The translations under genes and the position numbers were made by a program. A DNA stretch of 64,000 nucleotides, taken from positions 1-64,000 of IMG/VR virus record IMGVR_UViG_3300030108_005139. One strand, 5' to 3'. The first letter of the stretch is position 1. The number at the start of each line of letters is the position of its first letter. Under the pieces are notes generated by a model. That model did not search any database. It was not told the DNA's origin and worked only from the letters and a program-made list of their open reading frames with translations. The DNA comes from a virus. Shown here piece after piece: positions 9,991 through 17,650 of this stretch.

Positions 9991-10416
9991 CTAAAAAGAA
10001 AGAATGGCTTTTTTGATTAAAGTAATCTCGTATGATTCAAAGACTGTCTTATAATCATCTATTTCTTTCATATCTACCCAAGCATATTCATCGTGTTCAA
10101 AACTTAACACGACCTCATCACCAGAAAACTTATTAGTGATGAAATGATATATCATCCCAAAACTATGCTTAGACCTTTGTAATAATAACTTTAGATCCTC
10201 TGGATCTACCGACAATCCACTTTCTTCCAAGGTTTCTCTAACTGCACCTTGTTTTGGTGTTTCACCATCTTCGACGTGACCACCAGGTGGACCCCAGTGG
10301 CGTGGCTTAAAACTAGCCCCTTCTCCTCTCAATAAGAGAAGGATCTTCCCGTCCTTGACAAGAATAACATTTGCTCCCCTGTTATTCTTTGACATCCCTA
10401 TCTTGATCCTTATCAT
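9991..10416 (-). CDS. NUDIX hydrolase
   Basis: NUDIX box GGHVEDGETPKQGAVRETLEESGL. Confidence 0.93.
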   Translation of the reverse strand: MIRIKIGMSKNNRGANVILVKDGKILLLLRGEGASFKPRHWGPPGGHVEDGETPKQGAVRETLEESGLSVDPEDLKLLLQRSKHSFGMIYHFITNKFSGDEVVLSFEHDEYAWVDMKEIDDYKTVFESYEITLIKKAILSF

Positions 10417-10862
10417 TTGATTTCGCTAACTGCAAACGCAATACCAATTGTCGCTGCAACGCCAATAATAATACCGCCAGCAAACCACCAGTGACTATAA
10501 TCTCCATTATCTGCCTCCAAGGCTATTTCTGTAAGCCTTTCTATCTCGTCGTCTTTAATCTCCATTATAGAGTTATATCTTTCTTGTAGTGCCTCCAAGC
10601 TTGCAACAGTGCTATCCAACGATAAATTACACATTGCTTGTTGTCGGTCTTCTGCGTATTGGATGCGAAGTTCGCACTCTGTTTGATTTGCTTCTTGTTC
10701 AGCGAGCATCTGTGCAACTGCTGCTGAGTTCAGGAGAGTTCCTGTAAATGGTGCGGCTTGTCCTTCTCTGATGTCTGTTATAACTGGCTCTTCGTCTTGT
10801 GCCCAGACAAGGGGTTGGAAGGCCAGTAAGCAGATTAGAAAAGGGATTAGTAGTCTCATCAT
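10413..10862 (-). CDS. membrane protein with signal peptide, coiled coil and C-terminal TM (possible spanin-type lysis protein)
   Basis: N-terminal MMRLLIPFLICLLAFQPLVWA-QD; C-terminal WWFAGGIIIGVAATIGIAFAV. Confidence 0.6.
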   Translation of the reverse strand: MMRLLIPFLICLLAFQPLVWAQDEEPVITDIREGQAAPFTGTLLNSAAVAQMLAEQEANQTECELRIQYAEDRQQAMCNLSLDSTVASLEALQERYNSIMEIKDDEIERLTEIALEADNGDYSHWWFAGGIIIGVAATIGIAFAVSEIK

Positions 10863-11440
10863 CTATTTCTTCCAACATATGCCTTTATTTTAGTTGGATT
10901 AAAAATAATCTCCCCTCCTTGGTCAATATTACTACCTTTTAAAAAAGCAGCAAAAACTCTATGCCGACCACCTAAAATATCAACAACCTTGTCACCTTCC
11001 ATTTTAAGTATAACTGGCTCGTGTTCACCCTTGCCAAGACCGGGCAATGTTTTAATAATTCGTTGTATTTTTTGTTGATACTGATCCATTGGAAAATTTG
11101 GATTTAAACCTAAATGTTTATCCATCAAAAACTTTCTCTCTTCGGCACTCAAATCTTCCCACTTTAAATCCAAAACAACTGGATTTTTAGTCCAGGTTAA
11201 ATCATAGCGGTCATATATTTCTTTGGCATATTCATCAGTTTTAAAAAACTTTTCTAAACCTATTTTATTTATATCATCTGTTCTATCAACAGCATAGTCT
11301 TTCACCCCCTCGTGCCCATACATATCATTAAATACAAGATCTGGCAAATGAGGGAATACTTTATTTTTGAGGGCTTTTTCAAAGCCTTTAAATCTTGACT
11401 CTATTAAAAAAAGCCTCCAATTTTGCATTACAAATTTCAT
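10859..11440 (-). CDS. ParB-like domain protein with variant class-A leader
   Basis: EPVIL...ILGGRHRVFAA...IKAYVG; begins MKFVMQNWRLFLIE. Confidence 0.6.
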   Translation of the reverse strand: MKFVMQNWRLFLIESRFKGFEKALKNKVFPHLPDLVFNDMYGHEGVKDYAVDRTDDINKIGLEKFFKTDEYAKEIYDRYDLTWTKNPVVLDLKWEDLSAEERKFLMDKHLGLNPNFPMDQYQQKIQRIIKTLPGLGKGEHEPVILKMEGDKVVDILGGRHRVFAAFLKGSNIDQGGEIIFNPTKIKAYVGRNR

Positions 11441-11453
11441 TTAGTAATCTCAT

Positions 11454-11720
11454 TTATTCTTCCATCGTTTCTGATGGGACAATCAGATAATCTCTAGCCT
11501 TGTTAAGATAGTCTGACGCCAAAGTCAACTTACTCATCCACCAAGAAGGAAGTTCTTCATCAGGACGACCCTCAAGGGCTTGCAGGATTTGTACTGCATC
11601 TTCAGTGGCTGTTTTTAGTTTCCTAATGGCTGACGGGACATCTGTGTGTCCGTCTTCGTTTATGTTTGCCTCAAGTTCTTCCTTGATAATTTGTTTGAGT
11701 TGTGTTTTTGTAATCTTCAT
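11454..11720 (-). CDS. small helical protein with class-B leader
   Basis: MKITKTQLKQIIKEEL followed by an LPSWWMSKLTLASDYL domain. Confidence 0.8.
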   Translation of the reverse strand: MKITKTQLKQIIKEELEANINEDGHTDVPSAIRKLKTATEDAVQILQALEGRPDEELPSWWMSKLTLASDYLNKARDYLIVPSETMEE

Positions 11721-11721
11721 T

Positions 11722-12225
11722 TTATTTTTCCTGCAACTTTGCCAACGTCCTCTCGTATGCTTGGATATATGCTACGCTTTTCGGGAGCATATTTGGATTA
11801 GAGCCTAACTCTATTTGGGCCTTTCTATCGGCCATTATTTTTTGGTCTTTGGGTTTGCCGTCTTTCGCATCTTGTACTCCCTGGAGTCCGGCTTTGTATG
11901 CTATTTCATATGAAGCCCTTTGTATCCAACGCTTACCGGGTTGCGCTGTCGGAGGGGCTGATTGTTCGCCTTTTATCGCATCTTGTATTGCCCGTTCTAT
12001 GTCTTTTTTTGTTTTTTCCGTCTCTTTCCTATAGTATTCCTGATCTTGCTTGTATTCCTCTGGGGTTTTCCTGCGATAAAATGGTTCTCCTCTTGTACTC
12101 CAGGATCTTCCAGTAGAGCCGTATTTGACCAGTTGATCGTCGCGGTATGTATCATATTCCTCTTCACTGAGAAGTTGTAGTTCCTCTAAGATAATCTGTT
12201 TGAGTTGTTGTTTTGTAATCTTCAT
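11722..12225 (-). CDS. hypothetical protein with class-B leader
   Basis: MKITKQQLKQIILEEL; AGGAG RBS. Confidence 0.8.
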   Translation of the reverse strand: MKITKQQLKQIILEELQLLSEEEYDTYRDDQLVKYGSTGRSWSTRGEPFYRRKTPEEYKQDQEYYRKETEKTKKDIERAIQDAIKGEQSAPPTAQPGKRWIQRASYEIAYKAGLQGVQDAKDGKPKDQKIMADRKAQIELGSNPNMLPKSVAYIQAYERTLAKLQEK

Positions 12226-12239
12226 ATTAATCTCCTATC

Positions 12240-12623
12240 CTAATCCACATCGCCCAGTCGAAGTTCCTCGTCATCGCCGAGATCAAACGCCGGTGTGGGT
12301 GAGTCTTTCGCTACCATATCACCAATATGATCCTTAATCTTAGATATCATACTGTAGGCATCAGCAGCCATTCGGTGAATTTCATTTAGAGCTTCTATTC
12401 TCCTCTCGACCTCGGACTCGGAGTCTCCACCATATAAATCAACTTGTTCTCCAGACTCCATTGAGTCTGGTTGGGTTATCTCCTCGATGTCCTGAAGATG
12501 TTTAGTGATTGTTTCAAGATCAGTGAGTAAGTTCTCGTCATCTCCTTTGTATTCCTCTTCCTCTAAGCTTCTTGCAAGTTCTTCCTTAATGATCTGTTTG
12601 AGTTGTGATTTCGTAATCTTCAT
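12240..12623 (-). CDS. acidic hypothetical protein with class-B leader
   Basis: Start placed at ATG 12623 (MKITKSQLKQIIKEEL) after an AGGAG RBS. Confidence 0.8.
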   Translation of the reverse strand: MKITKSQLKQIIKEELARSLEEEEYKGDDENLLTDLETITKHLQDIEEITQPDSMESGEQVDLYGGDSESEVERRIEALNEIHRMAADAYSMISKIKDHIGDMVAKDSPTPAFDLGDDEELRLGDVD

Positions 12624-12624
12624 T

Positions 12625-12888
12625 TTAATCTCCTTTCCTTGCAAGAGACTGATCATCGTGAATTATTTTATCAAGATCGGCTGCAAGGGGTGAGCCGACC
12701 CCTTGTGCGAGGCCATAATAATCTTCAATAGCTCGCATCATAACTTCGCGTTTGGCGTCATCGAGATTGGTTGGTTTTACAACTGTGAACTTCCCAACGG
12801 GCCTTTTTTCCCACTCAATGTCGCCTTCTTGGATTCTACCAAGTTCTTCTTTGATAATCTGTTTGAGTTGTGATTTCGTAATCTTCAT
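12625..12888 (-). CDS. small hypothetical protein with class-B leader
   Basis: MKITKSQLKQIIKEEL; GAGG RBS. Confidence 0.8.
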   Translation of the reverse strand: MKITKSQLKQIIKEELGRIQEGDIEWEKRPVGKFTVVKPTNLDDAKREVMMRAIEDYYGLAQGVGSPLAADLDKIIHDDQSLARKGD

Positions 12889-12889
12889 A

Positions 12890-13474
12890 TTATTTTCCTC
12901 TTTCGGCTTTGCTAATTTCTACAGCACCAAGTTGTGCTAGGGCTGCTTTTTTAGTTCTGTGTGGTTTTTTAGAAAGATGTTTGCCACTCTTTGAAGTTAC
13001 AAAATAACCACCCTTTACTTTTTTTATTTTCTCTTCTAGTTCTTCGTCTTTGCTTCCTTTTGCCTGCCATTCATATGACACCTTATCTTTTGATATCGGC
13101 CCGCCAGCAGCCCAAGTATAACAGGATCTTGCTGAGTGGCACTTGAAGTGGTGCATCCAACAATATCCTAAATAGCCCTCTTCATCCTCAATCGGTTCTG
13201 AAGTTGGACCAGGCATACATTCTAACATTCTTGGTGAGATATCAAAAGCAATACAGTTAGAACATTTTGATTTTTTTGCAACCTCTGGTTCTGTATTCCA
13301 GTGTTCTGCTGCTCTTTCCCAATACTCATCGTCAGCAAGATTAAGCGGACCATACTGAATATGCTCTGCTTTAATGGCTGCATTTCTGTTCTTTGTGTTA
13401 AGCTCCAGATCCTGTGTGGCATCGGGACACTCTAAACGTGCTTCTGTTTTTCCTATGATAATTTTAATTCCCAT
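12890..13474 (-). CDS. Cys/His-rich metal-binding protein with basic C-terminal module
   Basis: CSNC...YCWMHHFKCHSARSC; basic tail after LEE; begins MGIKIIIG. Confidence 0.7.
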   Translation of the reverse strand: MGIKIIIGKTEARLECPDATQDLELNTKNRNAAIKAEHIQYGPLNLADDEYWERAAEHWNTEPEVAKKSKCSNCIAFDISPRMLECMPGPTSEPIEDEEGYLGYCWMHHFKCHSARSCYTWAAGGPISKDKVSYEWQAKGSKDEELEEKIKKVKGGYFVTSKSGKHLSKKPHRTKKAALAQLGAVEISKAERGK

Positions 13475-16119
13475 TATTCTGGCCTCTCTCCACTTCGCGT
13501 GTATCTTTCCTCATCGGATTGTGGTCGTCTTGTAGGTTCTTCCTCTTGAGTTTCTTCACCTGAAGTCCTGTATCTTCTCAACGCTTGTCTAAGTTCTTGT
13601 TGTGCCTCAGATGGTGGAGAAGAAGGAAGTTCTTTATCTTCATATTTTTTAACGAACTCTCTGTCATCGTCAGTTACGTGCCAGTATTGGGCTCGCTTCA
13701 TATAACCCCTAATAGAACTTGCTCTACTTCTAAGATCCCAAATCTCCTGTGATTTTTCATTGTACGCCCTTACATCCTCTCGTCGGATTGGGTTTTCCTG
13801 AATGATTTCAAACATACCACGTATTAGTTTTTCAAGATTTTTTCTGTTTGTTACATCGGCCATCTCGTCGCGTGTTTTCTTTAGGTCAGCCTCAAAGACA
13901 ACCAATGGCACAAGAAACTCTTCAATCCTATATTCCATATCCTCTAGAGATACTAGACCTCCTTGGGTTCGTTCAGCACCTCGACCCTCGGAGGCTTGTA
14001 TTACCTGCAACCTTGCAGATTTTGTTGCAGAGTCTATTCCGTTGTAAATTGCATAACCCCTGTCTAGAAAACGTTGCTCAATTGTACCCATACTCCCAGC
14101 CGTCGTGCGATCTCTTGCAACTTCTCTTTCAGCCTCAGACGTTAAAAAATTATATAATGGGACTATATTTCTTGGAATCAAGCCGTTTACAACAATTGTT
14201 CCTTTCTTTAAGGCTCTTACATTATCAAGAGATGTTGCTTTTTCGTATTCCACGTCCTTTAGGTTGTTGATAAATCCAACAAGTTTTTTCATATACTCAT
14301 CGTTTTTGTACTGTGGATCTGTAGAGATCTTAATTATATGAGCGTAATACAATGTGGCATTTCTCATAACATCATAATTTAAAGCATCGTGGCCTGGATA
14401 TCTAAACTCCACATATTTACGATACGGTAAGTGTTTGATATTAAACCCCATTTGTTTTGGAGAGGTATATCGTGTAGAGACCTCAACAGCGTTTGAAAGT
14501 GCTTTCTTCACAGCATCAAAGTCTCTCTCTGTTAAATCTTTGATAACACTAGTCGTTTCTTTGTTGTCACCAGTGAGTTTCCAGATACCGGGCCTAACTT
14601 CTTGTGCTACTTCATTTTGAACAAGCGTTGCGATGTGATTGATAGCATCTTTTTTAATATCGCCTGCCCAGCCGCTATATCTTCTGCTTTCAAACCCTTT
14701 TGTTGCGAACTCGTGATTTAGGAAAAGCATTGCCTTCATTAAATCATAATCTTCAATTGGGTCATCATCTTCGTCCAAGATTCCAACATTGGTATGCAAG
14801 CCAGTTCGATTGTCCATAAAGAAATTGTCTTGATTCTCAAAATCTGTGAAGAATGTTTCAAGATATTCCAATGCCTCTTCTAATCCAGTAATATAGGCTG
14901 GGTAGTCCATTGAAAACTCAACGTGAGGATCGGGGGCCAACGAAGCATCTTCTTCAAGCTTAATATCACTAGCATATTTTGCCATAAAGTTAGGAAGATG
15001 TTCATACATAAGTTCGTGCATATCTTCTGCACCACCTTCGTCTTGGCCAGGATAAACATCGTAACGGTCGTAATATTCCTGCTCCAAATTATAGCCAAAA
15101 TTGCCTTCTAGGTAATCAACAGGGTCACTTTGAAATTCTTCGTATTCACTATTAGATTGCTCATCTATATACTCATCAATTGCATCATCAATCATTTTAG
15201 CCATTGCTGTTAAGTGCGGTGATTGACTATTACGAAACTGATATGCTATGTTCTGCATCGAACTAAGTGTGGCATATCTTTCGGGCTCCAAGAACGTGTC
15301 AGAAATGAACGTATCCATTTCATCCATAATCCCCATAATAAGCTCATCGGTTCCCAGGACTGCCTCATAAAAAGTATCTAAAGGAATCACCTTGTCAAAA
15401 TAACGAACTTTAGGAAACCCAGACCATTCAGCATCTAAATCAAAAACATATCTTTTAAATAATTCAACATTGTCAACTCCTGACAAAATGTGAATGAGTT
15501 GTTCTTCTTCATCTTCCGGGTCAAGTTCTAAGTTTCTTTGAATTGCTTTTGTTTCTGTGTACTCCTCTAGCTCTGTTTTAATTAATGGATGTTCCAACAA
15601 TAATTTTAAGAAACTGTTTGCTTCTCGGGAACCATCTTTAGAAATCATTTCTAGTGTTCGTTGATACAACTCGGGGGCACCATAATCTGCCAGACTAATA
15701 GCCATCTCAAACAATAAAATTAAGCGATCTCTACGTTCATTTTGTGCTTGTGGTGGGATTCCAATAACTTCTTGATCAACATATTTGTCTACAAGTCCCT
15801 CAGAATCAACAATGTAATCTTCTAAAAAATTATATTCATAGAATTCTGATAGGTCTCTCTCAATTACATTTTGATAAAAGTAGTCTTGATCCAGATAATT
15901 TCTGGCAAACTGCTCTAACGTTGGAAGGTCTCCTCTTCCAGCCGCACCGGCTGATTGATTAGAAAGCAATTCAATTTCATATGAAATAGTAAAGCGTTCG
16001 CCTGCTTCTAGAATAGCGGCTTTATCAGATTCCTTGAACTCTTGAATCAGTTCTTCTTCTAATATTTCTTCTTTTTCTTCGTTTCTAAATTTTCGCCAGT
16101 TTTCAAACAGTGATTTCAT
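13474..16119 (-). CDS. putative amidoligase (COOH-NH2 ligase type) with class-A leader
   Basis: SYEIEL, EDASL..VEF, TGLHTNVG, YVEFRYPG; ATG 16119 gives MKSLFENWRKFRNEE. Confidence 0.75.
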   Translation of the reverse strand: MKSLFENWRKFRNEEKEEILEEELIQEFKESDKAAILEAGERFTISYEIELLSNQSAGAAGRGDLPTLEQFARNYLDQDYFYQNVIERDLSEFYEYNFLEDYIVDSEGLVDKYVDQEVIGIPPQAQNERRDRLILLFEMAISLADYGAPELYQRTLEMISKDGSREANSFLKLLLEHPLIKTELEEYTETKAIQRNLELDPEDEEEQLIHILSGVDNVELFKRYVFDLDAEWSGFPKVRYFDKVIPLDTFYEAVLGTDELIMGIMDEMDTFISDTFLEPERYATLSSMQNIAYQFRNSQSPHLTAMAKMIDDAIDEYIDEQSNSEYEEFQSDPVDYLEGNFGYNLEQEYYDRYDVYPGQDEGGAEDMHELMYEHLPNFMAKYASDIKLEEDASLAPDPHVEFSMDYPAYITGLEEALEYLETFFTDFENQDNFFMDNRTGLHTNVGILDEDDDPIEDYDLMKAMLFLNHEFATKGFESRRYSGWAGDIKKDAINHIATLVQNEVAQEVRPGIWKLTGDNKETTSVIKDLTERDFDAVKKALSNAVEVSTRYTSPKQMGFNIKHLPYRKYVEFRYPGHDALNYDVMRNATLYYAHIIKISTDPQYKNDEYMKKLVGFINNLKDVEYEKATSLDNVRALKKGTIVVNGLIPRNIVPLYNFLTSEAEREVARDRTTAGSMGTIEQRFLDRGYAIYNGIDSATKSARLQVIQASEGRGAERTQGGLVSLEDMEYRIEEFLVPLVVFEADLKKTRDEMADVTNRKNLEKLIRGMFEIIQENPIRREDVRAYNEKSQEIWDLRSRASSIRGYMKRAQYWHVTDDDREFVKKYEDKELPSSPPSEAQQELRQALRRYRTSGEETQEEEPTRRPQSDEERYTRSGERPE

Positions 16120-16125
16120 TATCAA

Positions 16126-16662
16126 TCAATCCTTCTTTTTAGATTTTTTGCCCCACTTCTTACCTTTCCCTTTCGTTCCACAGGCTGCTGGGGTTGGCCG
16201 ACAAGCTGGATATTTTGAACGCTTTTCACCTTTTGATCTACCACAGGCTTTGCACTTCTTTCTTCCAGTCTTTGGATCCTTTCGGCAGGTATTGCAATCT
16301 ACCCAACCTTTACTTCCGCCTCCCCCAGCGCGGCTAAACCACCCGTGGAGCCCAGACTTTTTCTCTTTTGAGTAGTCAGTCCGTGCTTTCTTTTTTTTTT
16401 CGTCTAGACAAGCTTCAATTTCTTCATCGATAATACGATACAAGTCTTCCTTGACACCTTTCCAGATCTCTCCTCTGCGACATCTTACAACAGCGCCAGA
16501 GGCATATGCAGAAGGCCACACATCGTATTTGCGCTTGGCAATGCGTGTACAGCGATCATCTTTTTTCTTTTTAGCCTTCTTCTTCTTTTTCTTCTTTTTT
16601 TTCTTCTTCTCATCTAAGAAGGCTTCAATTTCTTCATCAATAATTTTTTCAATATTATCCAT
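16126..16662 (-). CDS. highly basic Cys-containing protein with poly-Lys tract
   Basis: Two IIDEEIEAxLDE motifs, each followed by a Lys run; PSAYASGAVVRC and YPACRP modules. Confidence 0.8.
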   Translation of the reverse strand: MDNIEKIIDEEIEAFLDEKKKKKKKKKKKAKKKKDDRCTRIAKRKYDVWPSAYASGAVVRCRRGEIWKGVKEDLYRIIDEEIEACLDEKKKKARTDYSKEKKSGLHGWFSRAGGGGSKGWVDCNTCRKDPKTGRKKCKACGRSKGEKRSKYPACRPTPAACGTKGKGKKWGKKSKKKD

Positions 16663-16664
16663 AA

Positions 16665-17072
16665 TTATTTATTCCCTGGAACATAATGAATTCCAAAAGC
16701 GTTGCTCAATGCTCTTGACAGCCCTTCAGGATTGTCGTGATTTTCTTTGACGAGTTCCTTTATTCTTCTTTCTTTATTTAGTTTGTTACTCACCAAATCA
16801 TCTTCCAATTGTTCATCAAGTTGTTCCATAACTTCCTGATGAACACGAATAATCTCATCTCTTTGGGCAATCTCGTTAGCGTGTGATTCATTAAGGGTTT
16901 CTATTTGCTCTTCATAAGATTTATTTCTTGTCCTCAACAAGTCTCTAGCCACATCAGATCTCCTACTAAAAAGGGCCGCCAAAGCAAGAACAGCGATCAG
17001 GGGAACATACCAGTGGTTTTTAATCCACACCCAAGATCGCTGCAAGAAATGCTTGACTGCCAGCCAAGTCAT
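16665..17072 (-). CDS. inner-membrane spanin-like protein
   Basis: ATG 17072 overlaps the holin-like stop (ATGA); single N-terminal TM followed by a long coiled coil. Confidence 0.55.
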   Translation of the reverse strand: MTWLAVKHFLQRSWVWIKNHWYVPLIAVLALAALFSRRSDVARDLLRTRNKSYEEQIETLNESHANEIAQRDEIIRVHQEVMEQLDEQLEDDLVSNKLNKERRIKELVKENHDNPEGLSRALSNAFGIHYVPGNK

Positions 17073-17260
17073 TTGCCGTGTTTCCAAGTCGCGGCTAAGT
17101 CCGCAAATCCTTGAATACCTACATATCCAATCGTAATTGCTGTCCATTGCTCATTATTAATAAAGCCCAAACATAAAAATGTTGAGGCAGTGATCCAAGA
17201 TAAAAGTTTACGACTGATTATTTTATTGAGCCCTTTATCTAGTGCTTGTTTCATACTCAT
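17069..17260 (-). CDS. small two-TM holin-like protein
   Basis: 63 aa from ATG 17260 after AGGAGG; two hydrophobic segments after SRKLL; M-S-M possible dual start. Confidence 0.55.
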   Translation of the reverse strand: MSMKQALDKGLNKIISRKLLSWITASTFLCLGFINNEQWTAITIGYVGIQGFADLAATWKHGK

Positions 17261-17276
17261 AAACCCTCCTTGGTAA

Positions 17277-17354
17277 TTACGAGCAACAGCATCCGTCACA
17301 GGCACAGTCACAATCGCACCTACACTGCCTACATCCATTTACAATCTTATTCAT
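17277..17354 (-). CDS. 25-aa cysteine-rich metallothionein-like microprotein
   Basis: MNKIVNGCRQCRCDCDCACDGCCCS (9 Cys); AGGAGG at 17364-17369, 9 nt upstream; fills the gap between genes. Confidence 0.7.
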   Translation of the reverse strand: MNKIVNGCRQCRCDCDCACDGCCCS

Positions 17355-17616
17355 TTGACAAATCCTCCTTTTCTTCCTCCAGAGCAAACCCATAAATATG
17401 CTTCATTATAATCTTGCTCATAGGTTCTTTTAACATTATTGCATTCGCGGCTTGTTGAGCCAGCCCTCGATCTACCTTTGTAACATCCTCAATAACGTCA
17501 GCAATTTTGCCTGCAATCTGATCCCTGTAATCAGTTGGATCAGAGGCATACTCGTGTTTTTCCTCTTCAAGAGTCTCTAAAATAACTTGTTTTAATTGGG
17601 ATTTAGTGAACTTCAT
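17347..17616 (-). CDS. small hypothetical protein with class-B leader
   Basis: MKFTKSQLKQVILETLEEE; AGGAG RBS. Confidence 0.8.
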   Translation of the reverse strand: MKFTKSQLKQVILETLEEEKHEYASDPTDYRDQIAGKIADVIEDVTKVDRGLAQQAANAIMLKEPMSKIIMKHIYGFALEEEKEDLSNE

Positions 17617-17640
17617 ATTGGTCTCCTTGGAAGGTCCACC

Positions 17641-17650
17641 AATAAATAGT
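17641..17650 (-). promoter_or_regulatory. candidate late promoter ACTATTTATT
   Basis: Immediately after the Mre11-Rad50 stop, ~25 nt before the first gene of the accessory/lysis array. Confidence 0.6.

Larger units (their letters stand above)
6919..16119 (-). repeat. dispersed class-A leader repeat MKxxFENWRx(F/Y)(L/I)xE, 7 copies
   Basis: Copies at 6919-6960, 7365-7406, 7727-7768, 8944-8985, 9897-9938, 11399-11440 (variant), 16078-16119; plus-strand core ccagttttcaaa in five of them. Confidence 0.95.

Noticed and set aside
6919-12888. Leader repeats as a CRISPR array or DGR template/variable repeats
   Set aside because: They are in-frame gene starts spaced by hundreds of bp; no cas or reverse transcriptase genes in the window and no obvious adenine-specific variation.
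17261-17338. ORF-track N-terminal extension of the holin-like gene (similar over-extensions at 5590, 12656, 17147, 32717, 59821, 60584)
   Set aside because: Downstream ATGs have better RBS or coupling; here the extension overlaps the Cys-rich micro-ORF, which has its own RBS.
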